Shown: positions 1-9,492 of the stretch, piece after piece | Layout: each line of letters opens with the position of its first letter | Position numbering within the stretch: the first letter of the stretch is position 1 | Virus record (IMG/VR): IMGVR_UViG_3300046674_000314 | Coordinates: 1 to 64,000 of that record | Direction: 5' to 3' (one strand) | DNA length: 64,000 nt | Source: a virus | Notes under the pieces: generated by a model | Seen by the model: only the letters and a program-made list of their open reading frames with translations | Told to the model about the DNA's origin: nothing | Databases searched by the model: none | Translations under genes and position numbers: made by a program

Positions 1-576
1 TGCAGGAGCCGCCGGCTTGCTCGGGCGAAAGCCGTCGTCAGCCATCAGGTCGAGCAGCGCAGGATCGTGCGCGGCCGGAACGCCAGTCGCGACCGGTTCG
101 AACGTGCCGTCGTCGAGCACCGTCACGACCGCCGGTTCGAGCGCCTTCGCGGCTTCAATCTGCGCGCGCAGCGCTTCGTTCTCGCGGCGCAACTGCTCTT
201 CGCGCTCCGCGGCCTTCGCGCGCTCTTCGGCGGCGATGCGATCGCGCTCGGCGCGTTCCCTCTCCGCTTTGATTTGCGCTTTGCGGCGCTCTTCGGCGCG
301 AATCACTTCGTCGCGCGCGGCTTCGAGCGTCGTGATTTCCTTCGTCAGCGTTTTCGCGTGATCGTCGATTTCGCGGCCCGCGAGCAGATGCGGTTCCTTC
401 AGGCGCACGCGCACGGCTTCGACTTCCAGGCGGAATTCTTTCAGTTCCGCGCGATCGGCCTTCGCCGCTTTCATGCCGTCCGTCGTCGTCACGTCATAGG
501 TGACGTTCTCAAACTTTGCTTTGAGTGCCGCAACGCTGGCGGCGATCGGGTCAAACCCGGTGATGCTTGTTGTCAT
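1..576 (-). CDS. Coiled-coil phage protein (DUF1351/Gam-like neighbour of recombination genes), 3' end outside window
   Basis: Manual translation from ATG at 576 (MTTSITGFDPIAASVAALKAKFENVTYDVTTTDGMKAAKADRAELKEFRLEVE...), GGAG RBS upstream, E/R/A-rich helical sequence, open to window edge. Confidence 0.6.
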   Translation of the reverse strand, partial: MTTSITGFDPIAASVAALKAKFENVTYDVTTTDGMKAAKADRAELKEFRLEVEAVRVRLKEPHLLAGREIDDHAKTLTKEITTLEAARDEVIRAEERRKAQIKAERERAERDRIAAEERAKAAEREEQLRRENEALRAQIEAAKALEPAVVTVLDDGTFEPVATGVPAAHDPALLDLMADDGFRPSKPAAPA

Positions 577-592
577 TTTCCTCTCCGGTTGA

Positions 593-635
593 ACTACCTT
601 TGCGGAATCATACTCACGCAAAGGTAGTCATGCAA
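593..635 (-). promoter_or_regulatory. Sigma70-like promoter (TTGCAT-17-TATGAT) overlapped by a 12-bp inverted repeat (candidate operator)
   Basis: actacctttgcg (593-604) / cgcaaaggtagt (617-628) flank the -10 box. Confidence 0.55.
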
Positions 636-654
636 CAGAAAAAAACACCCGATT

Positions 655-1131
655 TCAGAACGGAATATCGTCGTCCATCTCGTCGAATCCGCCGCCGCTC
701 GGCTGTTGCTTCGCGGGCGCCGGGCGCGTGCCGGTGTTCGCGCGCTGCTGGCGCGGTGCGCCGGTGCTCGGGTTGCGCGGCTGCTCACCCTGGCTGTCGT
801 TGCGCGATCCGAGCATCTTGAACGTGTCGGCGCGAAGCTCCGTCACGTAACGATCGGTTCCGTCTTGCGCCTGATACTTGCGCGTCTGCATCTTGCCTTC
901 GACGAGCACTTGCGCGCCCTTGCGCAGGTATTCGCCGGCGATTTCCGCCTGGCGCTTGAAGCAGACGACGCGAAACCATTCGGTGCGCTCCTGTGCCTCG
1001 CCGGCCGCGTTTTTCCAGTTCTCGGAGACCGCGACGCTGAAGTTCGCAACGGCGTCGCCGTTCGTGAGATAGCGAACCTCCGGGTCTTGCCCCAGGTTGC
1101 CGACGACGATCACTTTTTGGTATGAAGCCAT
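655..1131 (-). CDS. ssb: Single-stranded DNA-binding protein
   Basis: [17 protein letters not shown]-terminus, ERTEWFRVV, acidic DDDIPF C-terminal tip. Confidence 0.97.
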   Translation of the reverse strand: MASYQKVIVVGNLGQDPEVRYLTNGDAVANFSVAVSENWKNAAGEAQERTEWFRVVCFKRQAEIAGEYLRKGAQVLVEGKMQTRKYQAQDGTDRYVTELRADTFKMLGSRNDSQGEQPRNPSTGAPRQQRANTGTRPAPAKQQPSGGGFDEMDDDIPF

Positions 1132-1146
1132 GTTTGTTCGCTCCTT

Positions 1147-1806
1147 TTAAGCGGGTTGCGTTTCTGCTGCTTTCTGTGCCGCCGCGGCTTGCATCTCCGC
1201 GACGCGCTCGTTCTTTGCGGTCACGAACCGCTCGAATGCCGGCCGGTCGTTCACCGCTTCGGCTGCGGCCTTCGCGGTATGGAATGCTGCGCGCAGTGCG
1301 TCGCCGGTCGTCGCCTTTTTGATGGCGTCAACGTGCGCCTTCGCATCGGCCTCGCTCACCGTCGGCGCGACCTGGTGCGTCGTCGCGTCCGCGTCGTTGT
1401 CGCCTTCAGTCGGAATCGCGAAGGTCTGGAACGCGGCGTATTTGTACGCGGCGCTCATCGCCTTGTTCGTCGACTTGTCGGCCGAATCCATCGCCTCGCC
1501 GAACGTGCGCGCCGTGTGCCGGCTCCCATCTTCAGCGCTCACGAAATCGAACTCAGCTTCGACGACCGTGTAAAAGATCGCCCCGCCCTTGCTCGTCGTG
1601 CGCTCCGTCGATTCGCGTTTCATCATGCGCGGGATGACGACGAGCTTGTGTTTCGCGAGCAGCGGTGACAGCGCGTTATACACGTCGTCGATGCCTCGGA
1701 AATTGTACCCTTGTTGCTGGTTGCGGTTGTTCTTCGCAATGCCCTCGCGGGACATATCAGAAGTCACATTGCAAATTGCTTCGTACACTTTCAGTGTGTT
1801 GCTCAT
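1147..1806 (-). CDS. ERF-family ssDNA annealing protein
   Basis: QGYNFRGIDDVYNAL...GEAMDSADKSTNKAMSAAYKYA...DNDAD motifs; start taken at MSNTLKVYEAI (ATG 1806, GGAG RBS); adjacent to ssb. Confidence 0.9.
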   Translation of the reverse strand: MSNTLKVYEAICNVTSDMSREGIAKNNRNQQQGYNFRGIDDVYNALSPLLAKHKLVVIPRMMKRESTERTTSKGGAIFYTVVEAEFDFVSAEDGSRHTARTFGEAMDSADKSTNKAMSAAYKYAAFQTFAIPTEGDNDADATTHQVAPTVSEADAKAHVDAIKKATTGDALRAAFHTAKAAAEAVNDRPAFERFVTAKNERVAEMQAAAAQKAAETQPA

Positions 1807-1967
1807 TTTGATTTTCTCCGGTGGTTTCGAGGTATTGCCGTTGCTGCTCTTCGAGGTGTTGCTGCACTTCGCGATCGTCGTCATTCATGGCGCGATTCCT
1901 TTCGCCGCCATGTAGCCAAGGAAAAGCCCGAAGGCGATCGCAACGGCCCAATCAAACGCGCGGGCGG

Positions 1968-2195
1968 TCATGCGAACACCTGTTCGAAGAACGTCGCCAT
2001 GCGCTCAAGGCGCTCGATCTGGCGCTCGATTTCAGCGGCGCGCTCCTGCTGCTGGCGAAGATAGATTTGATGGGTCTTGCGGGATGCGCCGTCTTGCTCG
2101 ATGAGCATGTTCGCGACGTCGACGCCGCTCTTTGCGCTGAAGCGCGCGGCTTCGATGAGTTCTTTGAACTGCGGGAGGGTTTTTGCTTGGCTCAT
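1968..2195 (-). CDS. Small hypothetical protein
   Basis: ATG 2195 with AAAGGA RBS, downstream of a TTGACA-16-TATGAT promoter. Confidence 0.6.
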   Translation of the reverse strand: MSQAKTLPQFKELIEAARFSAKSGVDVANMLIEQDGASRKTHQIYLRQQQERAAEIERQIERLERMATFFEQVFA

Positions 2196-2238
2196 GATCG
2201 TGTTTCCTTTCGCTGTTGTGTGTGTGCTGCTGAGATGA

Positions 2239-2266
2239 ATCATATCACTCGGATAGGTAGTGTCAA
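2239..2266 (-). promoter_or_regulatory. Sigma70-like promoter TTGACA-16-TATGAT with extended -10 TG
   Basis: Reverse complement reads ttgaca ctacctatccgagtga tatgat; tcggatag/ctatccga inverted repeat straddles the -35. Confidence 0.65.
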
Positions 2267-2292
2267 GCACTTTCTATCCGAGAGAGATGAAA

Positions 2293-2928
2293 TTAACGCG
2301 GCACGAATCCAAGCTCCGCGAAACGCTCTTTCAGCGCTGCGTGCGCCCGCACTTCGAGAGAGCGCACGGCGCGCGCGACCTTCTGCGCGAGGCGGGATAC
2401 GGCCATGTGCGAAACGCCGTGAGCGTCACCAATCTCTCGGTTCGCTGGCTTGTGCACGTTGCCAATCCGCTGAGTCGTCGGGCCGCGCATGTCTTCGGCA
2501 ATCTGTTCCGTTGTCGGCATGTACGATTCGCCGAACACGAATTCGCGATCTATCACGGCTTCGAGTAGCTCGGATTTCGCGTGCATGTGCGTCAGGTGCA
2601 GTTTGAGCAGCGCGAGCGCGTGCGCGTGCTTCTGGTCGGCATCGTCGGCCTTCGCCGCGCTCCACCGGCGTCCCTCGTACCGGCGCAATGTGCCTGGGTC
2701 GCGGTGATAGCGCGCGACGATCGCGGCGCGCTCGATGGCGGTCAGGGTCGAGTCGATCGCCTGCATCGCCCAAGCGGCTTCTGTGACGCGATCGGACCAT
2801 TCGACCTTATCGACAACGGTCGAGCGCGCAACGGACTCGGAATAGCCGGGCACTTTGATTGCGTCGATCAGTGCGAGCGTTTCGAAGATGCTTTCGAGCG
2901 CTCGATGTACGCTTGTAAAGACCGCCAT
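2293..2928 (-). CDS. Putative late regulator (Q-antiterminator/sigma-region-like, C-terminal HTH)
   Basis: Last gene of the cro-replication operon; LTAIERAAIVARY and REIGDAHGVSHMAVSR HTH-like segment; start uncertain (2928 or 2967). Confidence 0.45.
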   Translation of the reverse strand: MAVFTSVHRALESIFETLALIDAIKVPGYSESVARSTVVDKVEWSDRVTEAAWAMQAIDSTLTAIERAAIVARYHRDPGTLRRYEGRRWSAAKADDADQKHAHALALLKLHLTHMHAKSELLEAVIDREFVFGESYMPTTEQIAEDMRGPTTQRIGNVHKPANREIGDAHGVSHMAVSRLAQKVARAVRSLEVRAHAALKERFAELGFVPR

Positions 2929-3095
2929 TCTCCGCACCGTTCCCGCATTGGCTTGTTCTGTGCGCATATCGCCTCGCCTAAAAAATCATATTTGCCGATC
3001 GACCAAACGCATTGTCGGCACGTCGGGTTTCGTTCCTCGCGCTCAATGAGCACGATCATCGGGTCGCGCGTGTCGCCGCGGCGCTCCCATGTCAT
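2868..3095 (-). CDS. Small Cys-rich hypothetical protein
   Basis: CRQC...C...C; ATGA coupling with the upstream ORF. Confidence 0.5.
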   Translation of the reverse strand: MTWERRGDTRDPMIVLIEREERNPTCRQCVWSIGKYDFLGEAICAQNKPMRERCGEWRSLQAYIERSKASSKRSH

Positions 3096-3376
3096 GAAAA
3101 CAGGTCCGGCGCGCTCGCGACGAGCTTGCATGTGCGGCGCGTGATCGGGTCTTTGATCCTGGCGCCCGGCTCGATCACAGCGCCAGTCGCGAGCAGTTCG
3201 TTCACGCGACCGGTGACGGATTGAATCGGAAGGCGAAGCGCGCGCGAGATGGCGTTTCGCGTGACGCCGGCCGGGTAGATCGTCCGCAGAAAGCGCGCGA
3301 CGGCGATGCGCTGCCGATCGGCCTTGCCTTCGGCTTCGTGCTCGTCGCGTGCTTGAATGCTGGTCGGTGCGATCAT
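3092..3376 (-). CDS. Winged-helix DNA-binding protein
   Basis: TRNAISRALRLPIQSVTGRVNELLATGAVIE wHTH pattern. Confidence 0.7.
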   Translation of the reverse strand: MIAPTSIQARDEHEAEGKADRQRIAVARFLRTIYPAGVTRNAISRALRLPIQSVTGRVNELLATGAVIEPGARIKDPITRRTCKLVASAPDLFS

Positions 3377-3385
3377 TGGGCATGC

Positions 3386-4057
3386 CTACGCTGAAATATC
3401 CTCAGGAGATTTTAACGCAATTACTCTCGCGCGGGTAGTGGAAGCGGGCAAAAAGCGACCGGCTTCGGTGAATGCGATGCGCGGCGAATTCGAGCCGCCT
3501 TGCAAAACGAGTTGCGCCTTTCTGGCGTCGCCGATCAGCACCGGCGGCGCAACGGGATACCCCTGGCGAGCGTTGAAATCCTCCGGTGCGCCGATGAGCT
3601 TCGCCGGATAGGGCGGAACCTCGCCGCGCATCTTGTAGCCCCGATACCGGGTCACGAACTCGTTCTGCGTGAACGGGTACTGCTCGACGTCGACGCGGCA
3701 GAGCTTGATCCAGCCGCCCATATCCTCGACGACGCGGTGCACGAGCGGATCGTCGAACACGACCGAATATTGGTCTCCGCGCGTGCGAATCGCGTAATCG
3801 ACGGCCGACCATGCGGTATTGGCCGAATCCTTTGTCGACCCTTGCAGCATTTTCACGATGTCGGCGGGCTTCGGGCACCACTGCCCCGAATCGGGGTTCA
3901 TTGCGTGCTGACCGAGCGCGCGCTCGACCGCAGCAACGTCGAACGGCGCCATTGCCTGCGTCCAGACGGTTAGCGCGAACTCGGAAAAATCCTGCCGGTA
4001 GAACGCATGCACGTCCGCCAGCACTGCGGCAAGGCGAAGTTGATCACTCTGTTTCAT
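3386..4057 (-). CDS. DUF6475-like replication accessory (helicase-loader position)
   Basis: WCPKPADIV and VVFDDPLVHRVVEDMGGWIKLC motifs; directly after the initiator gene. Confidence 0.7.
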   Translation of the reverse strand: MKQSDQLRLAAVLADVHAFYRQDFSEFALTVWTQAMAPFDVAAVERALGQHAMNPDSGQWCPKPADIVKMLQGSTKDSANTAWSAVDYAIRTRGDQYSVVFDDPLVHRVVEDMGGWIKLCRVDVEQYPFTQNEFVTRYRGYKMRGEVPPYPAKLIGAPEDFNARQGYPVAPPVLIGDARKAQLVLQGGSNSPRIAFTEAGRFLPASTTRARVIALKSPEDISA

Positions 4058-4916
4058 CGCTATTCCCCTTTGCGGCCTCTTCGGCCTGTAGACGCGCTGC
4101 GAATCGCTCGACAACGGCGCGGTTGTTGCGTTCGAGTTGCTCCTGCTTGCTCACGTACCCGCCCGACTGGCGCGGCCCCGCTGTGCGCTGAACCTGTTGC
4201 GCAAGGTCATGGGCGCTCGGTCGCTCGCCCGACTGCTCGTTCGCCAGCCAAGCCGCCTTGAAGCCGGCATAGCTGCGTTGTGCGCTGAAGCGAATCGCGT
4301 CGTTCAGCGAAACCCCGGCCTTCAATGCCTCGCTCTCGGCAAGCTGCATCGCGCTCAACGTGTTCGCCTGACCCTTCTGCTTGCGCACTGCAAGCCAGTC
4401 GTTGACGTTTTGTTCGTCAACACCCTTGTCGACAAGGTATTTGCGGGCATTGAAGCGCGGCACGCGCTTATTCTCCGAAGGAGAATCTTCTTCTGGTTCT
4501 TGGTTAGTGGTTAGTGGTTTATGGTTAGTGGTTAAGGTTATTTTCGGTTCGCTTTCGCTATCGCTTGGGTTTCCATCAGAAACCATCTGGGTTTTCTTCG
4601 GCCTCCCGCCTCGCTTTCCGTTCTCTCGGTTGGCGTCCGCCTTCGCGCTGTACTGCGCTAGTTCCGACTCGCAGCGCTTGTGCATCCACCCGTTTTCGGT
4701 CTCTTGAAAGAACTCGCGCAGCACGATTTCGACGGCGTTTTGCTCATCTTGGGTTCTAGCGCATAACCGACGAAAAACCAGTTGGGTTTCTTTCGGGAGC
4801 GGCTTTTCGTCGAGATAGTAGAGGTCGAGCAGTTGCCGATAGGCGCCGTGTTCGATCAGCGTCAAATGCGCTGTCGCCGCCTTGTAATCGCCGATGTGAT
4901 GTTTGTAGTAGTTCAC
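4044..4916 (-). CDS. Replication initiator, YdaU/DUF1376 family
   Basis: GTG start 4916: MNYYKHHIGDYKAATAHLTLIEHGAYRQLLDLYY; NGKRGGRPKK linker; internal repeats. Confidence 0.85.
   Translation of the reverse strand: MNYYKHHIGDYKAATAHLTLIEHGAYRQLLDLYYLDEKPLPKETQLVFRRLCARTQDEQNAVEIVLREFFQETENGWMHKRCESELAQYSAKADANRENGKRGGRPKKTQMVSDGNPSDSESEPKITLTTNHKPLTTNQEPEEDSPSENKRVPRFNARKYLVDKGVDEQNVNDWLAVRKQKGQANTLSAMQLAESEALKAGVSLNDAIRFSAQRSYAGFKAAWLANEQSGERPSAHDLAQQVQRTAGPRQSGGYVSKQEQLERNNRAVVERFAARLQAEEAAKGNSDETE
4500..4600. repeat. Iteron-like repeats inside the initiator gene (candidate left-arm origin)
   Basis: Tandem TGGTTAG/TGGTT units at 4501-4537 and TGGGTTT units near 4566 and 4588 (again near 4783); lambda O-like arrangement. 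Confidence 0.55.
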
Positions 4917-5251
4917 GCGACCGCCCTTGCCGCTTCGAACTCCTGGCGCGCTAATTCTTCTTGGTGCTCGCGGTAGTTGATCGCGTTGCACAGAGTATCG
5001 AGGTCGACGGCGACGCCGAGCGACATAAAAATCCCGTACTGGAGCACGCGAGCGCTTGCATACGAGAGGTTCTTTTGTCCAATGCGAACCATCTCGAAAC
5101 CCCTGTAGCTCACTCCCGCCGCCTCACAAATTGCCATCATGACGGGCGTTCCGGCTTGCTTCCAGACCCGGTGAGCGGTCAGCGCCGGAAGTGCTCGAAT
5201 CTGTGTGTCGTACTCTGCTGGAACGCCGTACATGTTCTTTTGGCCTTGCAT
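4913..5251 (-). CDS. Cro-like HTH regulator
   Basis: AICEAAGVSYRGFEMVRIGQKNLS HTH; divergent from the repressor and first gene of the replication operon. Confidence 0.6.
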   Translation of the reverse strand: MQGQKNMYGVPAEYDTQIRALPALTAHRVWKQAGTPVMMAICEAAGVSYRGFEMVRIGQKNLSYASARVLQYGIFMSLGVAVDLDTLCNAINYREHQEELARQEFEAARAVA

Positions 5252-5455
5252 TTGTCACCCCTCTCCGGTAGTCGATGGAGAGAGTATAGCCACCCTTAAG
5301 AGAGTATGCAAGCCAAAAAGAGAGTTAAGCGGGCATTTGTATTACCTTCATACAGTGATATTACTGATTGAAAAAGTTGCAACTGACGTACCGGCGTGAT
5401 ATGTTTCCTCCCATCAGACCCAAAATATAATATTTGTTACGGCCGGAGCTACCTA

Positions 5456-5893
5456 ATGGACATCAATTCAATTCGCTTCAAAAACTTCAAAGTTTTGTTC
5501 GAGCGTTTCAAAGATGAGGTTCGGCGCGACGACCCAGGCGCACCGGAGAAAGGCATGATGAAGGCGTTCGGAGAGCGCTTAGGCGTGCGCGAGGCGTACA
5601 TGTCGCACATCAACACCCAATATAAGAACATCGGCCCGAAGACGGCCCGACTCATGGAAGAGGCGCTAAAGCTCCCTCATGGCTGGATGGATCAGCAGCA
5701 CGAGAAGAGACGAGAGCCGGAGACGATTGCGCCAGTCCAAGCAAGCAACGCAGAGCAATCCGCCGCGATCGCGCACCCCACCGACGCGGACGAATTAGAG
5801 TTCCTGGAAACCGCAATCGACTTTTACCGACGCGACCCGCTCGCCGCACAAACGGCGATCCTGCGCGCACTGCGGACAAAGTTGCACGGCTAA
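5456..5893 (+). CDS. CI-like XRE repressor without a recognisable S24 peptidase domain
   Basis: KAFGERLGVREAYMSHI...KNIGPKTARLMEEALKLPHGWMD is typical of phage repressor N-domains. Confidence 0.75.
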   Translation: MDINSIRFKNFKVLFERFKDEVRRDDPGAPEKGMMKAFGERLGVREAYMSHINTQYKNIGPKTARLMEEALKLPHGWMDQQHEKRREPETIAPVQASNAEQSAAIAHPTDADELEFLETAIDFYRRDPLAAQTAILRALRTKLHG

Positions 5894-6243
5894 ACACAGA
5901 AAAGACAGGAGAAAGACAGGGTAATTTTTCCCGTTACCCCGTAACAAACTGTTATTTTCCTCGCATCATTTCCTTGTAATGCAAATCACCTAAAGGTATG
6001 ATTTGTTCAGTCGGCGGCGGCGTCGATCAAGACCCAAGGAAAGAAGAAAATGTTGAGCGAGCAAAACGTAGCTGTAAAGGGCCAACTGAGTGACAGCGCG
6101 CTGATCGAGGCGCCGCGTGTGATGACCGAAGAGGAATTCGCCGCGGCGTTCAGCATGCTAAGTCTTGAAGAGCGTCGGGAGTTCGTTCGTTGCCACTGCG
6201 CAACGCATTAAATCGTTCGGAGATGTTTCATCTCTCAGGGGTA

Positions 6244-6272
6244 TTGACAGGGGTGTTCCAAGGAGCTACAAT
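6244..6272 (+). promoter_or_regulatory. Near-consensus sigma70 promoter TTGACA-17-TACAAT
   Basis: Direct read; it faces about 400 nt with no credible ORF. Confidence 0.75.
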
Positions 6273-6277
6273 TTTGT

Positions 6278-6685
6278 CATGTTGAAGTAATCCGTACCGA
6301 ATTCTCCGGGTAGTACTTGAAGGGGCGCGAGCTTAAAAGGCTGGCGCCCCTTTCTTTTTGCCCCGCTGCGACACAAGTCCCGAGTCCACATCGGGCCGAC
6401 TGATCGGCGTAACCGATCCCTTCGGGTCTCGCGCTTTGTCTGGTGCGCAATGCTCCGCTGTCACCTCTCTCGCGTCCCTCTCCCCTCGCGGCGGTGATGA
6501 GGCGCGAGACCCGAAGGCCAAGTGCCGCTCTTTCCCCGAAGGGCGGTGCGCTCAACTGCGCGACCGCGCGACGTTTCAAGCGTCAAATGACGAAAGCCGC
6601 TCAACGGAGCGGCGCGGCGTGGTCTATGCCACTAGATCACAATGCAAACGGTCGGAAGCCCGTCCAGGTTGACGGGCAAGCCGAA
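6278..6685 (+). ncRNA. Candidate structured non-coding RNA(s)
   Basis: Strong promoter upstream; perfect 16-bp stem 6419-6434/6502-6517; additional hairpins near 6320-6353, 6596-6613 and 6658-6677. Confidence 0.45.
6320..6359 (+). terminator. Intrinsic terminator/attenuator-like hairpin
   Basis: aggggcgc...gcgcccct followed by ttctttttg. Confidence 0.6.
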
Positions 6686-6686
6686 T

Positions 6687-7025
6687 TTATCCGAGCGCCT
6701 TTTTCGCGCGCGCCTGTAGCGTGCGGATAGCTTCGGGATTGTTGGCGAGGTCATCACCCCAGGAAACGAGCGCCCTTGCGATTGCGTGAAACTCTCGCGC
6801 ATTCGCTAGTGCGTTCCGCTTGTCGATCATGCGCTGCTGCGGCTTGCGCGGCTTGCGCTCGATGGTCGCGAGCGCTTCGGAAAGTTCTGCCGTGCCTCGC
6901 GCTTCGAGTGCGTCGACGTAATGCTCTTTGGGCGTGCGAGCGTAGTCACCCGCGGCGCCGATCACCTTGCGGTGAAGCTCGACGAGCAGGTGTTTCGGGA
7001 GCTTGTTCAGTTGCGGGCGGTTCAT
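6687..7025 (-). CDS. Hypothetical protein
   Basis: 112-aa ORF coupled (TGATG) to a small acidic upstream ORF at 7025-7153. Confidence 0.6.
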   Translation of the reverse strand: MNRPQLNKLPKHLLVELHRKVIGAAGDYARTPKEHYVDALEARGTAELSEALATIERKPRKPQQRMIDKRNALANAREFHAIARALVSWGDDLANNPEAIRTLQARAKKALG

Positions 7026-7386
7026 CAGTCATCCATCCGGGCAAAGTGTCGATCGGCTTGCGCTTCGTCGCGTGCTGCGCGGCGCTCTTCGTCTGTCATC
7101 TCTTCTTCGTCGTAATTGTCAGCGTCGAAGTCGTCATAGTAGCTCAGCGTCATTTTCGGTTCCTCTCTGCGGGCGTTGATTCGATGGAGTGAATCATATC
7201 GTGCAGAGATGCCAACAGTCAACAGAATATCTAACTGTGATTCGATAGGGCAAACCCGATGAAAAATGCGCTTCTAAACTACCTCGCGGATATGATACGA
7301 TATGCTCTGCATCTCGCAGGGTATCCGACGACTGGCGCCGTGCCATTCGGGCATGCCTTGCATCTCACACCTTGCAAGGGGCTTAG

Positions 7387-7761
7387 ATGACACCGGGAAC
7401 ATGCGCGCGAATCCTTCACGAAGTCGTTCGACAGTGGCACATCGACACCGGCCGGCATAGCGAACCCGCCTGGGCGGATCACACGATGCAATACCGGGCT
7501 GCGATGACTGGCCTTGTGAGGCGCGTCATGACTGGCGAATCAGACCCTCTCGAAGTGTCGCGCGCGCTCGGGCCGGCAAGCCGCATCGCCGAACACGTTC
7601 TGCTCGCGATCGCGCCCACGAAGGATGACGAAGAGCCGAGCGGCGAACCTGACCGCAAGCCGGCATACGACGAAAAGTATCTGCAACGCGAGGCGCCGCA
7701 TATCCGCGAGGCGAAAGCGCCTGGCGAGTGCGTGACGATCACAGAAGGAACCGCAGCATGA
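7387..7761 (+). CDS. Hypothetical protein
   Basis: 124-aa ORF with AAGGGG RBS; ATGA coupling to a small hydrophobic ORF (7758-7907). Confidence 0.55.
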   Translation: MTPGTCARILHEVVRQWHIDTGRHSEPAWADHTMQYRAAMTGLVRRVMTGESDPLEVSRALGPASRIAEHVLLAIAPTKDDEEPSGEPDRKPAYDEKYLQREAPHIREAKAPGECVTITEGTAA

Positions 7762-7914
7762 AAGCAATTCGAATCCGCCGCGCATCGGCCGCGCTCTATC
7801 ACGCGAAAGAACTGGTGATCGGTCTCGCGCTCGGCGCCGCCTGGGTCGCTGGCGCGGTCGGGGTGCTGTCGCTGGTCGTGCTGCCGATCGTGAAGTTCCT
7901 GCGGTAAATCGATC

Positions 7915-8300
7915 ATGGGAAGGGGCGCGGCGCGTGAGTGCGCGAGTGACGGCCTCAGACGTTCCGCCGTGCGGGTTTCTGTCAAGACCGCGGCGATAAG
8001 GTCGCGCGCCGCTCTGCGTTCCCTTCCCTACCTGCTCACCAAGTCGCGGCACAACGCTTGCCGTAGTAGCCGAAAGGCAGCGGCGATGTTTAGCGCACCA
8101 GTGTGTCAGACGGGACGCCGGCGCCGGAACCGCGCTGTAACCGGCACTCTCACGCATGGCGCTTAGTCTGCGCCCAGGGCGACAAGGGTATGGGTTGAGA
8201 TTAACCCTGTCTTCATAGGCGCCAGTCGTGAGGGTCGGCCATACAACGAACCCGCGCATGCCGGTTCGCTCGATGGGCAGAAACCGACTCTCACCACAAT
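7915..8300 (+). ncRNA. Candidate structured RNA
   Basis: Stem 8141-8162/8219-8238 enclosing two hairpins; GCC-GAAA-GGC tetraloop hairpin at about 8060-8085; no credible ORF. Confidence 0.4.
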
Positions 8301-8384
8301 ACGTCCCGACCCTCTGCAAAGCACCGCATGGTCGGGATTTCTATTTGCACAGTCAATCGCCGTTTTCGCTGTTCGGAGAAAGAG

Positions 8385-8669
8385 ATGATGGACGAAGCCG
8401 GGTTCTCGATGTTGGTCGACACGACGAGCGAACCGCGTTGCATGAGTGCCGAGCGCTCAATGTGCGGCGCGTGCCGCCCCGACTGGCAACAACACGTGAT
8501 CGACGAGAAAGCCGAACTCGACGCGCGGATCGGCAAGCTCTGCGATTTCTTCGGAAGCGGCGCATATCGCGACCTGGGCGACATCGATCGTCACCTGCTC
8601 GGCGTTCAGTTGAGCCACATGCGGGACTACGCGCACATTCTCGGGATGCGCATTGCGAGGTTTGGGTGA
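8385..8669 (+). CDS. crAss001_48-like small helical protein
   Basis: WQQHVIDEKAELDARIGKLCDF...LLGVQLSHMRDYAHILGMRI pattern. Confidence 0.65.
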   Translation: MMDEAGFSMLVDTTSEPRCMSAERSMCGACRPDWQQHVIDEKAELDARIGKLCDFFGSGAYRDLGDIDRHLLGVQLSHMRDYAHILGMRIARFG

Positions 8670-8845
8670 TGGAAGGCGACGACGTGCTGATGAAACCCGC
8701 GACAACGCTCGATGACGTGCTGAAAGAGGTGCGGGAACTGCGCGAAGAGGTGAAGGCGATGCGCAATTACCCGATCGTGATTCGACCGCATCCGCTCGAC
8801 GCGAAAGGTGGTGCGGGCGGGAAAATTAGTTTCGGGGGATTGTGA

Positions 8846-9328
8846 GTGAGCACGTTCAACGTTCGAGGAATGCTCGTCGATGTCGATGACGCCGACGATC
8901 ATGTGATGCTCGCGCACAATTGGCGCCTGATGCATGGGCGTCGCTATGTCGTGTATGGCAAGCGGATCAACGGGAAGGCTGCGACGCTCTCGCTGCATCG
9001 GATATTGATGGGCGCGCGCGAAGGTGATGAGGTCGACCATATCGACGGAAACCCGCTGAACAACCGGCGGGCGAATCTCCGCATCGTGACGCACGGTCAG
9101 AACATGAAGAACCTGCCGAAGCAACGGCTCGAAAATGCGACGTCCCGATTTAAGGGTGTTTCGTGGCACGTAGGCAGAAGGAAATGGCAGGTTCTTATTC
9201 GAAGCGATGGCGCATCGAAATATTTGGGCTTGTTTCCGACTGAGATTGAAGCTGCGCGCGCATACGATGCGGCAAGTGTGAAATTGCATGGTGAACACGG
9301 ACGAACGAACTTCGCGCGGGTGAATTAA
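8846..9328 (+). CDS. HNH-AP2 homing endonuclease
   Basis: LHRILM...VDHIDGNPLNNRRANLR (HNH) plus SRFKGVSW...YLGLFPTEIEAARAYD (AP2). Confidence 0.92.
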   Translation: MSTFNVRGMLVDVDDADDHVMLAHNWRLMHGRRYVVYGKRINGKAATLSLHRILMGAREGDEVDHIDGNPLNNRRANLRIVTHGQNMKNLPKQRLENATSRFKGVSWHVGRRKWQVLIRSDGASKYLGLFPTEIEAARAYDAASVKLHGEHGRTNFARVN

Positions 9329-9492
9329 CCCGGTGACGCGCGCGAGGTCCTTTGCTGGTGGTGCTCGCGCCCGCACTTGGTCGGGGCGCGCTGCTGCTCT
9401 CCTACGCGCTCCAATGCTTGATGTATCGGAACGCGTCAAGGGCGGCGAACCCTTGCGCGCGAAGGTGGCGGTAGTACGCGAGGCGGGTCATG

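Noticed and set aside
5900-6240. Integrase/att site next to the repressor
   Set aside because: Only a short ORF (~6050-6210) and promoter-like sequence are present; no recombinase was found in the window, so lifestyle cannot be settled.
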